IMG/VR virus record: IMGVR_UViG_2926584956_000001
Location: 146-64,145 of that record
Direction: 5' to 3' (one strand)
DNA: 64,000 nucleotides
Source: a virus
Shown here one piece after another: positions 37,963-45,941 of this stretch (its first letter is position 1; every line of letters begins with the position of its first letter). Made by a program: the position numbers and the translations under genes. Under the pieces are notes generated by a model. The model made no database searches. It saw only the letters and a program-made list of their open reading frames with translations, and was not told the origin of the DNA.

Positions 37963-38661
37963 CTATCGGATCAATTTTATCGACTGGTCGCCCCGAACGC
38001 CGGGGTTTAGGGCTACCTCGTCTCCTGCCCGAACTCCGTCTACATAGGTGTCCTCGGCTTTACGGCTGGGCCTCGCACGTGCCTGCTTGATCCCGATGCC
38101 GGCGTCAGCCAGGGCCTCGTCGATGAGTTGACCCTTCAGAACCACTAGTCCTTTGCCGGTTGGCTCCGCCGTCTTGAGGGCGCGTATCCGCTGAGCCAAC
38201 CGGTCGGCCATCCCGTCGAGGAACGGGTTAACCTTGCGTCGCCGAGCGCCCTCGCGCAGCAGGCCGTACCGCCGGTTCACTTGCGCCTGGGAGCGGAGCA
38301 TCGCATTGCGGCATATCTCCAGAAGATACCGAGCGACGTCGACCTCGTGATCGAAACCGAAGAAGTCGATTGTCTCGCGGCTGGAGCCCCGCGGGCTTTT
38401 CCAATATCGACAGCCGGTCAGATCCGCGATTGCCGAAGCCACTTTCCAAAGCCTCTCACCCACCGGGTCGTTGTAGATCTCCCGATGACGACGAAAGGAA
38501 CTTTCGCGCACCTGGACCTCGTCGAGGGTGAGGTTGTAGCGGGAAAGCATTTCAGCCGCCTTGGCCGCCGCCGAAACCGCCTCGTCCTCGGTGCAGCCGT
38601 TCTCGGTTGTCTTGGCCAGGAGCGCCCTTATCCGGGCGGCGATCTTCCCCTTGTCGACCAT
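37963..38661 (-). CDS. DUF2786 / DUF7168 domain protein
   Basis: 'IAARIRALLAKT..GCTEDEAVSAAAKAAEMLSRYNL'; RBS GAG before ATG 38661. Confidence 0.8.
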   Translation of the reverse strand: MVDKGKIAARIRALLAKTTENGCTEDEAVSAAAKAAEMLSRYNLTLDEVQVRESSFRRHREIYNDPVGERLWKVASAIADLTGCRYWKSPRGSSRETIDFFGFDHEVDVARYLLEICRNAMLRSQAQVNRRYGLLREGARRRKVNPFLDGMADRLAQRIRALKTAEPTGKGLVVLKGQLIDEALADAGIGIKQARARPSRKAEDTYVDGVRAGDEVALNPGVRGDQSIKLIR

Positions 38662-38668
38662 GGAGAAC

Positions 38669-38965
38669 TCACTTCTTCGGGGGCTTCTTCCGATGCACAA
38701 TGGGTGTTGTCGTAGGGGTGACGTTTCCTGCTGCAATCGGTCGCCGACTGACCCCGCGGCCCTCAAGGGTCTCGATCCGTCCCCGCAGCAACTGGTTCTC
38801 TGTCCGAAGACGTTTGATCATCCTATATAGCTCCTCCGGAGTCTCCCGGATGTACTCCCGATAGCTCACGATGTAGCGGGTGCGTCGCTTGAGCATCCGC
38901 CAGCAGTAATTCGCCGACACACCGGACAAGAAGAAACTGACCGCAACGACGGCATCAGATAGCAT
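38669..38965 (-). CDS. Hypothetical protein (N-terminal hydrophobic helix, coiled coil)
   Basis: RBS GGAGG; coupled run. Confidence 0.5.
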   Translation of the reverse strand: MLSDAVVAVSFFLSGVSANYCWRMLKRRTRYIVSYREYIRETPEELYRMIKRLRTENQLLRGRIETLEGRGVSRRPIAAGNVTPTTTPIVHRKKPPKK

Positions 38966-39140
38966 CCTGCTTCCTCCGAACCGCGACAAGGAAATGATCA
39001 TCGGGGATCTCGGGCGGGCGCCGCGTGAAGAGCTTTTCTCCTCTGCCAATCGACGCCGACAATTCATCGGATGCGTCGATCCAGCGCCCCTCTCCGTTCG
39101 GGTTCGACTTCGGGACGATCTTCAGCTCTCGACGGGTCAT
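38955..39140 (-). CDS. Hypothetical small protein
   Basis: ATGA overlap with the upstream gene. Confidence 0.5.
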   Translation of the reverse strand: MTRRELKIVPKSNPNGEGRWIDASDELSASIGRGEKLFTRRPPEIPDDHFLVAVRRKQDAI

Positions 39141-39424
39141 CTTGCCCCTCCCTTCCTCTCGAAGCCGATCGGATGCCAACCCGCCGGGATCTTGTCCCGG
39201 ATAAGGAGGTAGCGGTCGGCCACACTCTTGACCTTCCGAAACTCGCGGATCGATATGCCTTCGATGCGAATCCACTTGGCATCCGGCGAGTGAAGGTTGG
39301 GCTCCATGTCGTCGCGGTTCGGGGCGATGCGGACGAGCATCGACTTCCGCGGATATGGAGTGACTTCGGGATCAAGCTTCTCCCGAGGGGCTTGGCGGGG
39401 AACTATTCCCGGCGGATATTCCAT
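39137..39424 (-). CDS. Hypothetical protein
   Basis: TGATG-coupled to the ligase. Confidence 0.55.
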   Translation of the reverse strand: MEYPPGIVPRQAPREKLDPEVTPYPRKSMLVRIAPNRDDMEPNLHSPDAKWIRIEGISIREFRKVKSVADRYLLIRDKIPAGWHPIGFERKGGAR

Positions 39425-40281
39425 CAGATGTCCTCCACAGATCGGAATGCCTTGAAGACCGGCAGGAGGGGTGCCCCCTTCGGGCCGGTGCGTTGGTACT
39501 TGAAAGTCACTTTACGACCCAGGTAGCGGCGCTGGTTGGCCCAAATGATCAACCTCTGCGCCTGGGTGAACCCGGTCCCCAGCTCGAACTCGATGCCGTC
39601 CTTCCAGCGAAGAACCAGGGCGCCCAGCATCTCCGTTCCGACCATCCCTGCCTTCGCGGTCGATCGCTTTGCGTAGCCCCGCTCGTCACGGGTCTGTTCA
39701 TTGGTGTTGTGCCGGCGCTCGACGAAGGCGATAACCTCGGCCTCGTCGTCGACGAAGCGTTTGATCTTGAGGAGCGCGCCCTCTTTGAGCGTCGACCGGC
39801 CAAACTTGTAGGGCGCATCGGAGCGACGGACGATCACACCTTCCCAGCCCGCCGACACAAGATTTTCCTCGAACTGGATCAGCTCGGCCGCGTCGACGAC
39901 CAGTTCGCATTCCGCACGACGGCCTGCGGTGACACGCCTCCATCGACTCCGGTAAGGATCGCCCGGATGCTCGACATGGTCGAAGGTATGGAAACAAAAG
40001 TCCCATTCACCTCCGGCCGACATGACCTTCGACTGGACGGTGTTCAGCTCGTCAGGGGCGCCGTCGGTATAGGTGACGATCTCCCCGTCGTGGTGCAGGA
40101 AGTCCGGGTGACTGAGAGCCGCGCGTATTTCGAGGTTCGGGATCGGCTTTAGCGTGCGCGTTACCGGCCCGAGGCCCGGCAGAACGACGCACCGGATGCC
40201 GTCGAATTTGGGCTGAGCGATCAGAGGGAAGACGAGCTTCGATAGGTCAGCCGTTTCCGCGAGCATAGGCCGAAACTGCAT
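39424..40281 (-). CDS. ATP-dependent DNA ligase (compact phage type)
   Basis: Motif I 'QPKFDGIRC', 'WEGVIVR', 'LLKIKRF', OB fold 'FELGTGFT..TFKYQ..PVFKAFR'. Confidence 0.92.
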   Translation of the reverse strand: MQFRPMLAETADLSKLVFPLIAQPKFDGIRCVVLPGLGPVTRTLKPIPNLEIRAALSHPDFLHHDGEIVTYTDGAPDELNTVQSKVMSAGGEWDFCFHTFDHVEHPGDPYRSRWRRVTAGRRAECELVVDAAELIQFEENLVSAGWEGVIVRRSDAPYKFGRSTLKEGALLKIKRFVDDEAEVIAFVERRHNTNEQTRDERGYAKRSTAKAGMVGTEMLGALVLRWKDGIEFELGTGFTQAQRLIIWANQRRYLGRKVTFKYQRTGPKGAPLLPVFKAFRSVEDI

Positions 40282-40320
40282 CGCACATTCTCCAGTTATT
40301 TTCACCTAAAAGGTGCCTTA

Positions 40321-40698
40321 TTAGGAAAGATAAACGGTGAACCCTGCGTCCTGGGCCGCTTCCCGCATGCGGCGCAGCCAGGGCGCCAAGCTGACGAACT
40401 CATCCATGGAATGATCGAAAATGACCACTCGATAGTCGGGATGCAGGCGCCCCATCGGGTTCTGTTGCGCACTGAGGACGCGAAGCTTCGCCCCGTTATC
40501 CGCGATCAGGACCGTCCGCGAGGGGACGTGGAGCGGGAGCCGAGGTCCTTCCTCCCAGGCCAGATGCTGAGCCAGCTCGAACACGTAGTCGCCGACGACT
40601 TGGTTCGGGACTATGAAGGTGACATTGTGGCCCTCCACAATGTGACGAAGGCCCTCGCGGAGGAGCTGCGTCGTTCGGCCGGTACCGCGATCAGGCAT
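40321..40698 (-). CDS. Hypothetical protein (degenerate P-loop-like 'RGTGRTT')
   Basis: ATGA overlap, RBS GGGAGG. Confidence 0.55.
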   Translation of the reverse strand: MPDRGTGRTTQLLREGLRHIVEGHNVTFIVPNQVVGDYVFELAQHLAWEEGPRLPLHVPSRTVLIADNGAKLRVLSAQQNPMGRLHPDYRVVIFDHSMDEFVSLAPWLRRMREAAQDAGFTVYLS

Positions 40699-41479
40699 GA
40701 TTACCTCCCTTTCGCGCCGCGTGGTGACGCTTCGCCCATTCCTCAGCGAGTTCGAATGAGTCATGGGTTGAGATCACCTCAGTGCCCATGGGCTTGGCCG
40801 GGTTGCGTTGGCTCAGCCAGAACACACCCTCATTTTCGCTGATCCGATAGCCGAAGGGGCCGCGGAACCCGTGTAGCGTTGGGGTCCACTCCCATTTTTT
40901 GGTCCAGGCCCTCGCCAAGTCACAACGTGCTTTGATCAACTCGGTATTGTAGATTCTTTCAGCGAATCCATTGTAGGTATCTGCCCCGCCGGCACGCAGC
41001 TCTTCCTCAAGCAGCCTCACCCATTCAACGGGGTTGTTTTTGATCGGCGTGTCGCACTCCCGATTTGCCGTGCGATCCGCCTTAAATTCCTCGTCTACGA
41101 TGCGGAGGGCGTCCCTATAGGTCTCCGATTTCTGCGAGAATGAGTGGGCGATGTCGGTGAGGCCCTTCATCCGACAGTCCTCGCATTCCTTCTCGCACTC
41201 GTCGCGCTGCGCCCCCAACCTCTCCTTGATACGCGCGTAGGCGTCTGGCTCGGTGGGCATCGACGAAGCGGGCTCAAGGTAGAGTCCTTTCGAGTCTTCC
41301 CGCATCACTTCCTCAAGCTTCGCGAGGTCTTCGGGCGACGGCTCAGCCCACATCACAGCCGTCGACACGGCCCGGTACAGGGGCTCAGGCTTGCCCTTGG
41401 TCGCATGCGCCGTCGGCACGTCATGGCGGGTCAGCATTCCATCGGACCAGAGATAGGCACTGGGCTCTTGCTCGATCAT
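40691..41479 (-). CDS. Hypothetical protein
   Basis: 262-aa ORF in the coupled leftward run. Confidence 0.6.
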   Translation of the reverse strand: MIEQEPSAYLWSDGMLTRHDVPTAHATKGKPEPLYRAVSTAVMWAEPSPEDLAKLEEVMREDSKGLYLEPASSMPTEPDAYARIKERLGAQRDECEKECEDCRMKGLTDIAHSFSQKSETYRDALRIVDEEFKADRTANRECDTPIKNNPVEWVRLLEEELRAGGADTYNGFAERIYNTELIKARCDLARAWTKKWEWTPTLHGFRGPFGYRISENEGVFWLSQRNPAKPMGTEVISTHDSFELAEEWAKRHHAARKGGNHA

Positions 41480-41922
41480 CGCCGCACCTCAAATGCCGTG
41501 GGGTTCTTGGCCGCGGCCGATCGCAGGACCTTGAGGAACTGGTCTTCCGGCAGCAGCGCCCGGAACTCTTCCAGGATGAGATGATCCCGGTTGTTGATGG
41601 CCGCCACTTTCCGCTCGAACCGCAACTCGGCGCGAAGCTGCTCCACAGACTTACGGGCGTGCTTCTTCCACTGGAGCGCTTTTCGGGCCTTGGCCCGCCA
41701 CGCAATGGAGCGGTCCTCAACGCCGTTGACAGACAATTCGATCTGACCCTCGATCGTGATGATGGCCTGGGTCAGACGCGCCAGTGCGTCGTCGCACTCC
41801 TCGACCGTCTTCAAGTCGCCGAGGGTCTTCTCGTCGCCGACGTCGATATCAGCCCATTGGACGGAATACCGGGGCGGCCCGGAGGTTTCGGTAGTGGTTA
41901 CGTCTTCGATTGTATCGGTCAT
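41476..41922 (-). CDS. Hypothetical protein
   Basis: ATGA overlaps at both ends. Confidence 0.6.
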   Translation of the reverse strand: MTDTIEDVTTTETSGPPRYSVQWADIDVGDEKTLGDLKTVEECDDALARLTQAIITIEGQIELSVNGVEDRSIAWRAKARKALQWKKHARKSVEQLRAELRFERKVAAINNRDHLILEEFRALLPEDQFLKVLRSAAAKNPTAFEVRR

Positions 41923-42143
41923 CCGTATTCAATCCTAAGCTCGGTCACCAGTCGAATGGCCCGTCGCAGCTTGCGGGTTTTCTCCTGGCCGCTCCGATCG
42001 GCAACTTCCAAGAGCGATGTCAGGGCAACGTCCAGCCGGTCGACGCGCTCCATCGCCCTAACGCGATCCCGCTCGACGGCCTCTTCTCTTCGTTTTTCTT
42101 CCTCGCGCCATTGAGGGCTGCCGGGGCGAAGGGGTAGGTACAT
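41919..42143 (-). CDS. Hypothetical coiled-coil protein
   Basis: Coupled run. Confidence 0.55.
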   Translation of the reverse strand: MYLPLRPGSPQWREEEKRREEAVERDRVRAMERVDRLDVALTSLLEVADRSGQEKTRKLRRAIRLVTELRIEYG

Positions 42144-42620
42144 TCACTCCGGGTCCTTGACGAGTTGACGTCCGAGGTCCGTGACCTCCCACATCCGGGC
42201 GTTGTTGGCCGATCCACCGATCGCGGACACGCGGATGTACTTCTTCCAGGAGAGCGCATGAACGTGGTAGCGGACGTTGGCTGCGATCTCGGATTCCACC
42301 ACGCCCTCGCCCTTCTCTCCCTGCATCAGGAAGATCAACCGCAGCACACAAAGCTGCCGCAGCGTTATTTCGGGGAAACCCGGCGGGATGCCCTCGGCGA
42401 AGGCTTTGAGCGGGGCGCTAGCGAGGCGAGCCAACGCCTCACGCTTCTGATCAGCCGCTTTCTGACGCGGCCCCTCGCATCGGCGAACGGCGGCCGCGGT
42501 CAGGGCCCGCACATCGTAGCCGAGCTTGCTCAGGTATGCGGTGCAGCCGGCCTTGTTGGGGCAACCTGCCGGCTTCGGGTCGGGGCATATACTGCATCGG
42601 GTTTCAGCAGAGGCGACCAT
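42144..42620 (-). CDS. Hypothetical protein with Cys-rich N-term and wHTH-like C-term
   Basis: ATG at 42620 coupled to the MazG-like stop; 'CSICPDP..CPNKAGC', 'ITLRQLCVLRLI..WEVTDLG'. Confidence 0.5.
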   Translation of the reverse strand: MVASAETRCSICPDPKPAGCPNKAGCTAYLSKLGYDVRALTAAAVRRCEGPRQKAADQKREALARLASAPLKAFAEGIPPGFPEITLRQLCVLRLIFLMQGEKGEGVVESEIAANVRYHVHALSWKKYIRVSAIGGSANNARMWEVTDLGRQLVKDPE

Positions 42621-43132
42621 CAGTACGCCTTCCCACCATTTGCCCGGTTTTCGGGCTTGTGATCGGCCCGGCCCTGATTGAACCGGTTCTTCTCGATGGT
42701 GGCGCCCGCAACGTCGAGGTCGCGACTGCCTGACGAGTCCAGCATGTGAAAGATCGCCAGGGCGAACCGGACTTCCTGAAGCGAGAAATCTTGCAGGAGC
42801 CGAGTGACCGCAATGAATGCTGACGGCACCCGACAGTTGCGCGCCGCCGCGGTGTCGAGGACGCGGATCGCGAAGTCGGCATACTCCACTTCGCGGCCGT
42901 CGCGTTCTGTGAGCTTGTCGTCCTTGAGGCTCTTCCGGTCGGCCTCCAGAGCCTCGGAAAGCTCGGAGTGCATAAGCGCGATCACCTCGCCGAAATTTCG
43001 CTCGATCGGCAGGCCGGTGGCCGGGTCCTGATACCACCCAGCTTCAACGGCCGTATCGTGAGCGAGGTTCTGGGCGGCCTGGAGCCCGCGGTATGCCAAG
43101 AACTCCTGATCCGTCATCTCATCTGTGTGCAT
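42620..43132 (-). CDS. MazG-like nucleotide pyrophosphohydrolase
   Basis: 'IALMHSELSEALEADRK..EVEYADFAIRVLD..IEKNRFNQGR', all-alpha NTP-PPase pattern; RBS GGAGG. Confidence 0.8.
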   Translation of the reverse strand: MHTDEMTDQEFLAYRGLQAAQNLAHDTAVEAGWYQDPATGLPIERNFGEVIALMHSELSEALEADRKSLKDDKLTERDGREVEYADFAIRVLDTAAARNCRVPSAFIAVTRLLQDFSLQEVRFALAIFHMLDSSGSRDLDVAGATIEKNRFNQGRADHKPENRANGGKAY

Positions 43133-43165
43133 GGCCTGTCCTCCAATCAATTATGCGGTCAATAC

Positions 43166-43178
43166 CACTTTTTAAGTG
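43166..43178. promoter_or_regulatory. Palindromic operator-like motif CACTTTTTAAGTG in a divergent promoter region
   Basis: Between the MazG-like gene (left) and the 43249 gene (right). Confidence 0.55.
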
Positions 43179-43219
43179 CTATGCAAACTGAAAAAGTGAA
43201 AATCGTGACCCTTGACCAT

Positions 43220-43234
43220 ATTCTGCTTTTGTTC
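43220..43234 (+). promoter_or_regulatory. Possible alphaproteobacterial LexA box (GTTC-N7-GTTC, one mismatch)
   Basis: ATTC-TGCTTTT-GTTC next to TTGACC at 43212-43217. Confidence 0.35.
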
Positions 43235-43248
43235 TCTTTCTCCACAGC

Positions 43249-43548
43249 ATGGAGATGCGCCTCTGGGAATACCCGTATGTCGTTGTCCGGGTCTCGTGCC
43301 ACGTCTGTCGGCGGCACGGGTCATACCGCCTCGCGCGCCTTGCCGATAAGCACGGCTCGGATATCCCGCTCGATCGGCTCCTGGAGGCGCTGGCGCGTGA
43401 CTGCCCCTGGCGCGACCCCGCAGTGAAACGCAAAGCTCGCCAGGGCGAAGGATGTGGGGCTCACTTCCCCGACGTGGTTGGGCCAAGGCCGCCAGACCTG
43501 CCACCCGGTGGCGGCCTCCGGTTAATCCCAGGTGGAAAAGCCGCCTGA
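43249..43548 (+). CDS. Small Cys-containing (CxxC...CP) protein typical of rhizobial mobile DNA
   Basis: 'VRVSCHVCRRHGSYRLARLADKHG..LARDCPW..CGAHFPD'. Confidence 0.7.
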   Translation: MEMRLWEYPYVVVRVSCHVCRRHGSYRLARLADKHGSDIPLDRLLEALARDCPWRDPAVKRKARQGEGCGAHFPDVVGPRPPDLPPGGGLRLIPGGKAA

Positions 43549-43554
43549 TTTCAA

Positions 43555-43578
43555 TTGATTATAAAGTTCTAAGGTAAG
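43555..43578 (+). repeat. Single upstream copy of the flgE-flanking 24-bp motif
   Basis: TTGATTATAAAGTTCTAAGGTAAG vs downstream TTGATTCTGGAGTTCGAAGGTAAC, same orientation. Confidence 0.75.
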
Positions 43579-43610
43579 AGCTAGACGGCTAAAGGCCAGC
43601 CCCGCGCAAG

Positions 43611-43634
43611 CCCCGGGGAGCTTACTCCCCAGGG
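43611..43634 (+). promoter_or_regulatory. Hairpin in the flgE 5' leader
   Basis: GGGGAG-CTTA-CTCCCC stem (43615-43630), extendable by CCC/GGG; RBS GGGAG lies downstream. Confidence 0.45.
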
Positions 43635-43652
43635 AATAAGCGGGAGCCTATT

Positions 43653-45377
43653 ATGAGCCTATACGGGATGCTGCGGACAGGCGTGTCGGGGATGAACGCG
43701 CAGTCCACGAAACTCTCGACGGTCGGCGACAACATCGCCAACGCCGACACCACCGGATACAAACGCGCCTCGACCGAATTCTCTTCCCTGCTGATGCAGA
43801 ACTCAAAGACTAGCTACAACTCGGGCTCGGTCGTCACCAATGTCCGCTACGCCATCAACCAAGAAGGGCCGCGGATCTACACCACGTCGCCGACCGACCT
43901 CGCGATCAACGGCAGCGGTTTCTTCGTTGTCCAGGACCCCTCGGGGCAGCCCTTCATGACCCGCGCTGGTGGTTTCCAGGTCGACGGTGCGACCGGCCTT
44001 CTGAAGAACCAAGCCGGCTTCACCCTCATGGGTTACGACGTGAGCGGCGGGCAGAACCCAAACGCGGTCCTAAACGGCTTTGCCAACATGGTCCCAGTCG
44101 ACCTGACGGCCATGAATATGCAGGCAACGCCGACGACAGAGGGCACGTTCACCGCGAACCTCGACGCCCGTAAGCCGTCCCTGGCCTCTTTGATCGGGAA
44201 CCTCAGTGGGGGCGAGCCAATAATGGCCGGCGTCACCGCAAGCGCCAACTCAGCCGCCTCGACCTACAATTCCACCACCTCCGTAACGATCGAGGACAAC
44301 CTCGGCAATCCGATTACTTTGGATATCTACTTCAACAAACTCGGCCCCAATACCTGGGAAATGACCACGTTCAACGACGCCGATGGTACGGCAGGCGGTT
44401 TCCCATATACACGTGCCGACAAGCTCGCTCCCGGTGACCCCGATCATCTGGACAACGTGATTCTCAGCTTTGATCCGGTGACAGGGGACCTGAACTCACC
44501 GGATTTCATTGGCTTTGAGTTCTACAATGCCGGAGCTGTTGAGCAGGTCGTCGAGTTCGACATCACTGGAATCACGCAGACCGCCGATCCAACCACGGCA
44601 CTGTCGGCGGAGATTAACGGCAACCTGCCGAGCAACAACGCCATCAACTCGGCCTACACGACGAAATCCTCGATCGAGACCTACGACAATCTGGGCGGCA
44701 CGGTGCTCGTCGACGTCTACATGACGAAGGTGACCGAGGAGCAATGGGAGATCACCACCTTCAACAAGGCCGACGCCGACCCGGTGACCGGAGGCTTTCC
44801 CTACTCTACCGATCCGCTCGCCACGCAGACGGTGACGTTCGATGCGACAACGGGCGAGTTGACCGGTGACATCGACCCGAACACCGGCCTGACATCGCCC
44901 GCGACCACGATGACGCTCCCGATCCCTGGCGGGCAACCGATGACGCTCGACATCGCGGACCTCACGCAGCTCAAGAGCGACTACACGCCCCTGGAGGCCG
45001 ATGTGAACGGCAACGCGGCCAGCACCGTCTCTGACGTCGAGATCGGTGCTGACGGCACCGTCCAGGCCGTCTACGACAACGGCTCGAAGATCCCGGTCTA
45101 TCGCATCCCGCTCGCCGACGTGCCGAGCCCCGACAAGCTCGAACAGATGGCTGGCAACGTGTTCCAGACGACGCTCAACTCGGGCGACATCATGGTCGGC
45201 TTTCCGACCGAGGGGAGCAACGGCGAGATCATCTCGGGCGCCCTGGAACAGTCCAACGTCGACCTCGCGACCGAGTTCACGGAGATGATCGTCGCCCAGC
45301 GGAGCTACACCAGCAACTCGAAGGTCTTTCAGACCGGAAACGAGTTGCTGGAAGTCCTGATGAACCTCAAACGATAG
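43653..45377 (+). CDS. flgE: Flagellar hook protein FlgE (574 aa, tandemly duplicated D2/FlaE domain)
   Basis: N-term 'GVSGMNAQSTKLSTVGDNIANADTTGYK', 'TDLAINGSGFFVV..TRAGGF', C-term 'GALEQSNVDLATEFTEMIVAQRSYTSNSKVFQTGNELLEVLMNLKR'. Confidence 0.96.
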   Translation: MSLYGMLRTGVSGMNAQSTKLSTVGDNIANADTTGYKRASTEFSSLLMQNSKTSYNSGSVVTNVRYAINQEGPRIYTTSPTDLAINGSGFFVVQDPSGQPFMTRAGGFQVDGATGLLKNQAGFTLMGYDVSGGQNPNAVLNGFANMVPVDLTAMNMQATPTTEGTFTANLDARKPSLASLIGNLSGGEPIMAGVTASANSAASTYNSTTSVTIEDNLGNPITLDIYFNKLGPNTWEMTTFNDADGTAGGFPYTRADKLAPGDPDHLDNVILSFDPVTGDLNSPDFIGFEFYNAGAVEQVVEFDITGITQTADPTTALSAEINGNLPSNNAINSAYTTKSSIETYDNLGGTVLVDVYMTKVTEEQWEITTFNKADADPVTGGFPYSTDPLATQTVTFDATTGELTGDIDPNTGLTSPATTMTLPIPGGQPMTLDIADLTQLKSDYTPLEADVNGNAASTVSDVEIGADGTVQAVYDNGSKIPVYRIPLADVPSPDKLEQMAGNVFQTTLNSGDIMVGFPTEGSNGEIISGALEQSNVDLATEFTEMIVAQRSYTSNSKVFQTGNELLEVLMNLKR

Positions 45378-45379
45378 AA

Positions 45380-45514
45380 TTGATTCTGGAGTTCGAAGGT
45401 AACGCGGCGATCGGTTTTGATTCTCAAGATCCAAGGTAATTGATTTCCGCGTTTTGATTCTGGAGTCCTGAGGTAACGGGAATGCCAGTTTTGATTCTCA
45501 AGTTTTGAGGTAAC
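45380..45514 (+). repeat. Four direct repeats with an exact 37-bp period immediately after the flgE stop
   Basis: 24-bp units start at 45380, 45417, 45454, 45491; consensus TTGATTCT(GG/CA)AG-N5-AGGTAA(C/T); 13-bp spacers all end in GTT. Confidence 0.92.
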
Positions 45515-45941
45515 AGATCTGTCATTATCGGGATATGGAGATTGACAAAGCCGGCCAATCCTGGCAAAAAAAAGCAACCTCGAACGATGCGAAAACATTA
45601 ATACTTCCGAATATTCGGAAATAATTTGATAAAAAGTGCGATATTAGCCGATTGCACTTTTCTGTTGCGTTATATTTTCTTTGTGTTACTGATTGACCGC
45701 GCGTTTTATCTTCGGCACATTGCGAGTCGTCGCATCGCTCTTGATGCGTCGCGGGTTGATGACCGCTCGAAAGATAAAGGCGCGTCATGCTATGGGGACT
45801 AAGGACGCAATCGCGTTCCCTATGGTTCGGCGCGGCGGGAAGCCTCACGGCTTGCCGCTTTGTTCCTTGCGGTCTGCTAACCCGCCGTTGCCGAACCGCC
45901 ACGATTAGCAGCGTGGCGCATCAACCAAGGAACATCCCCAA

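Noticed and set aside
42621-43037. N-terminal half of the 297-aa ORF 42144-43037
   Set aside because: Overlaps the MazG-like gene in another frame and reads as non-protein-like; the coupled ATG at 42620 is the better start
43555-43600. Sigma28 (TAAAGTTT-N11-GCCGATAA) or CtrA (TTAA-N7-TTAA) site upstream of flgE
   Set aside because: TAAAGTTC is present but has no matching -10, and CtrA half-site spacing does not fit
43580-43650. c-di-GMP riboswitch in the flgE leader
   Set aside because: Only one simple hairpin; the conserved two-stem GEMM features were not recognisable
45380-45514. CRISPR array interpretation of the 37-bp-period repeats
   Set aside because: Spacers are only 10-13 bp, the repeats vary internally, and there are no cas genes; kept as an unexplained repeat instead
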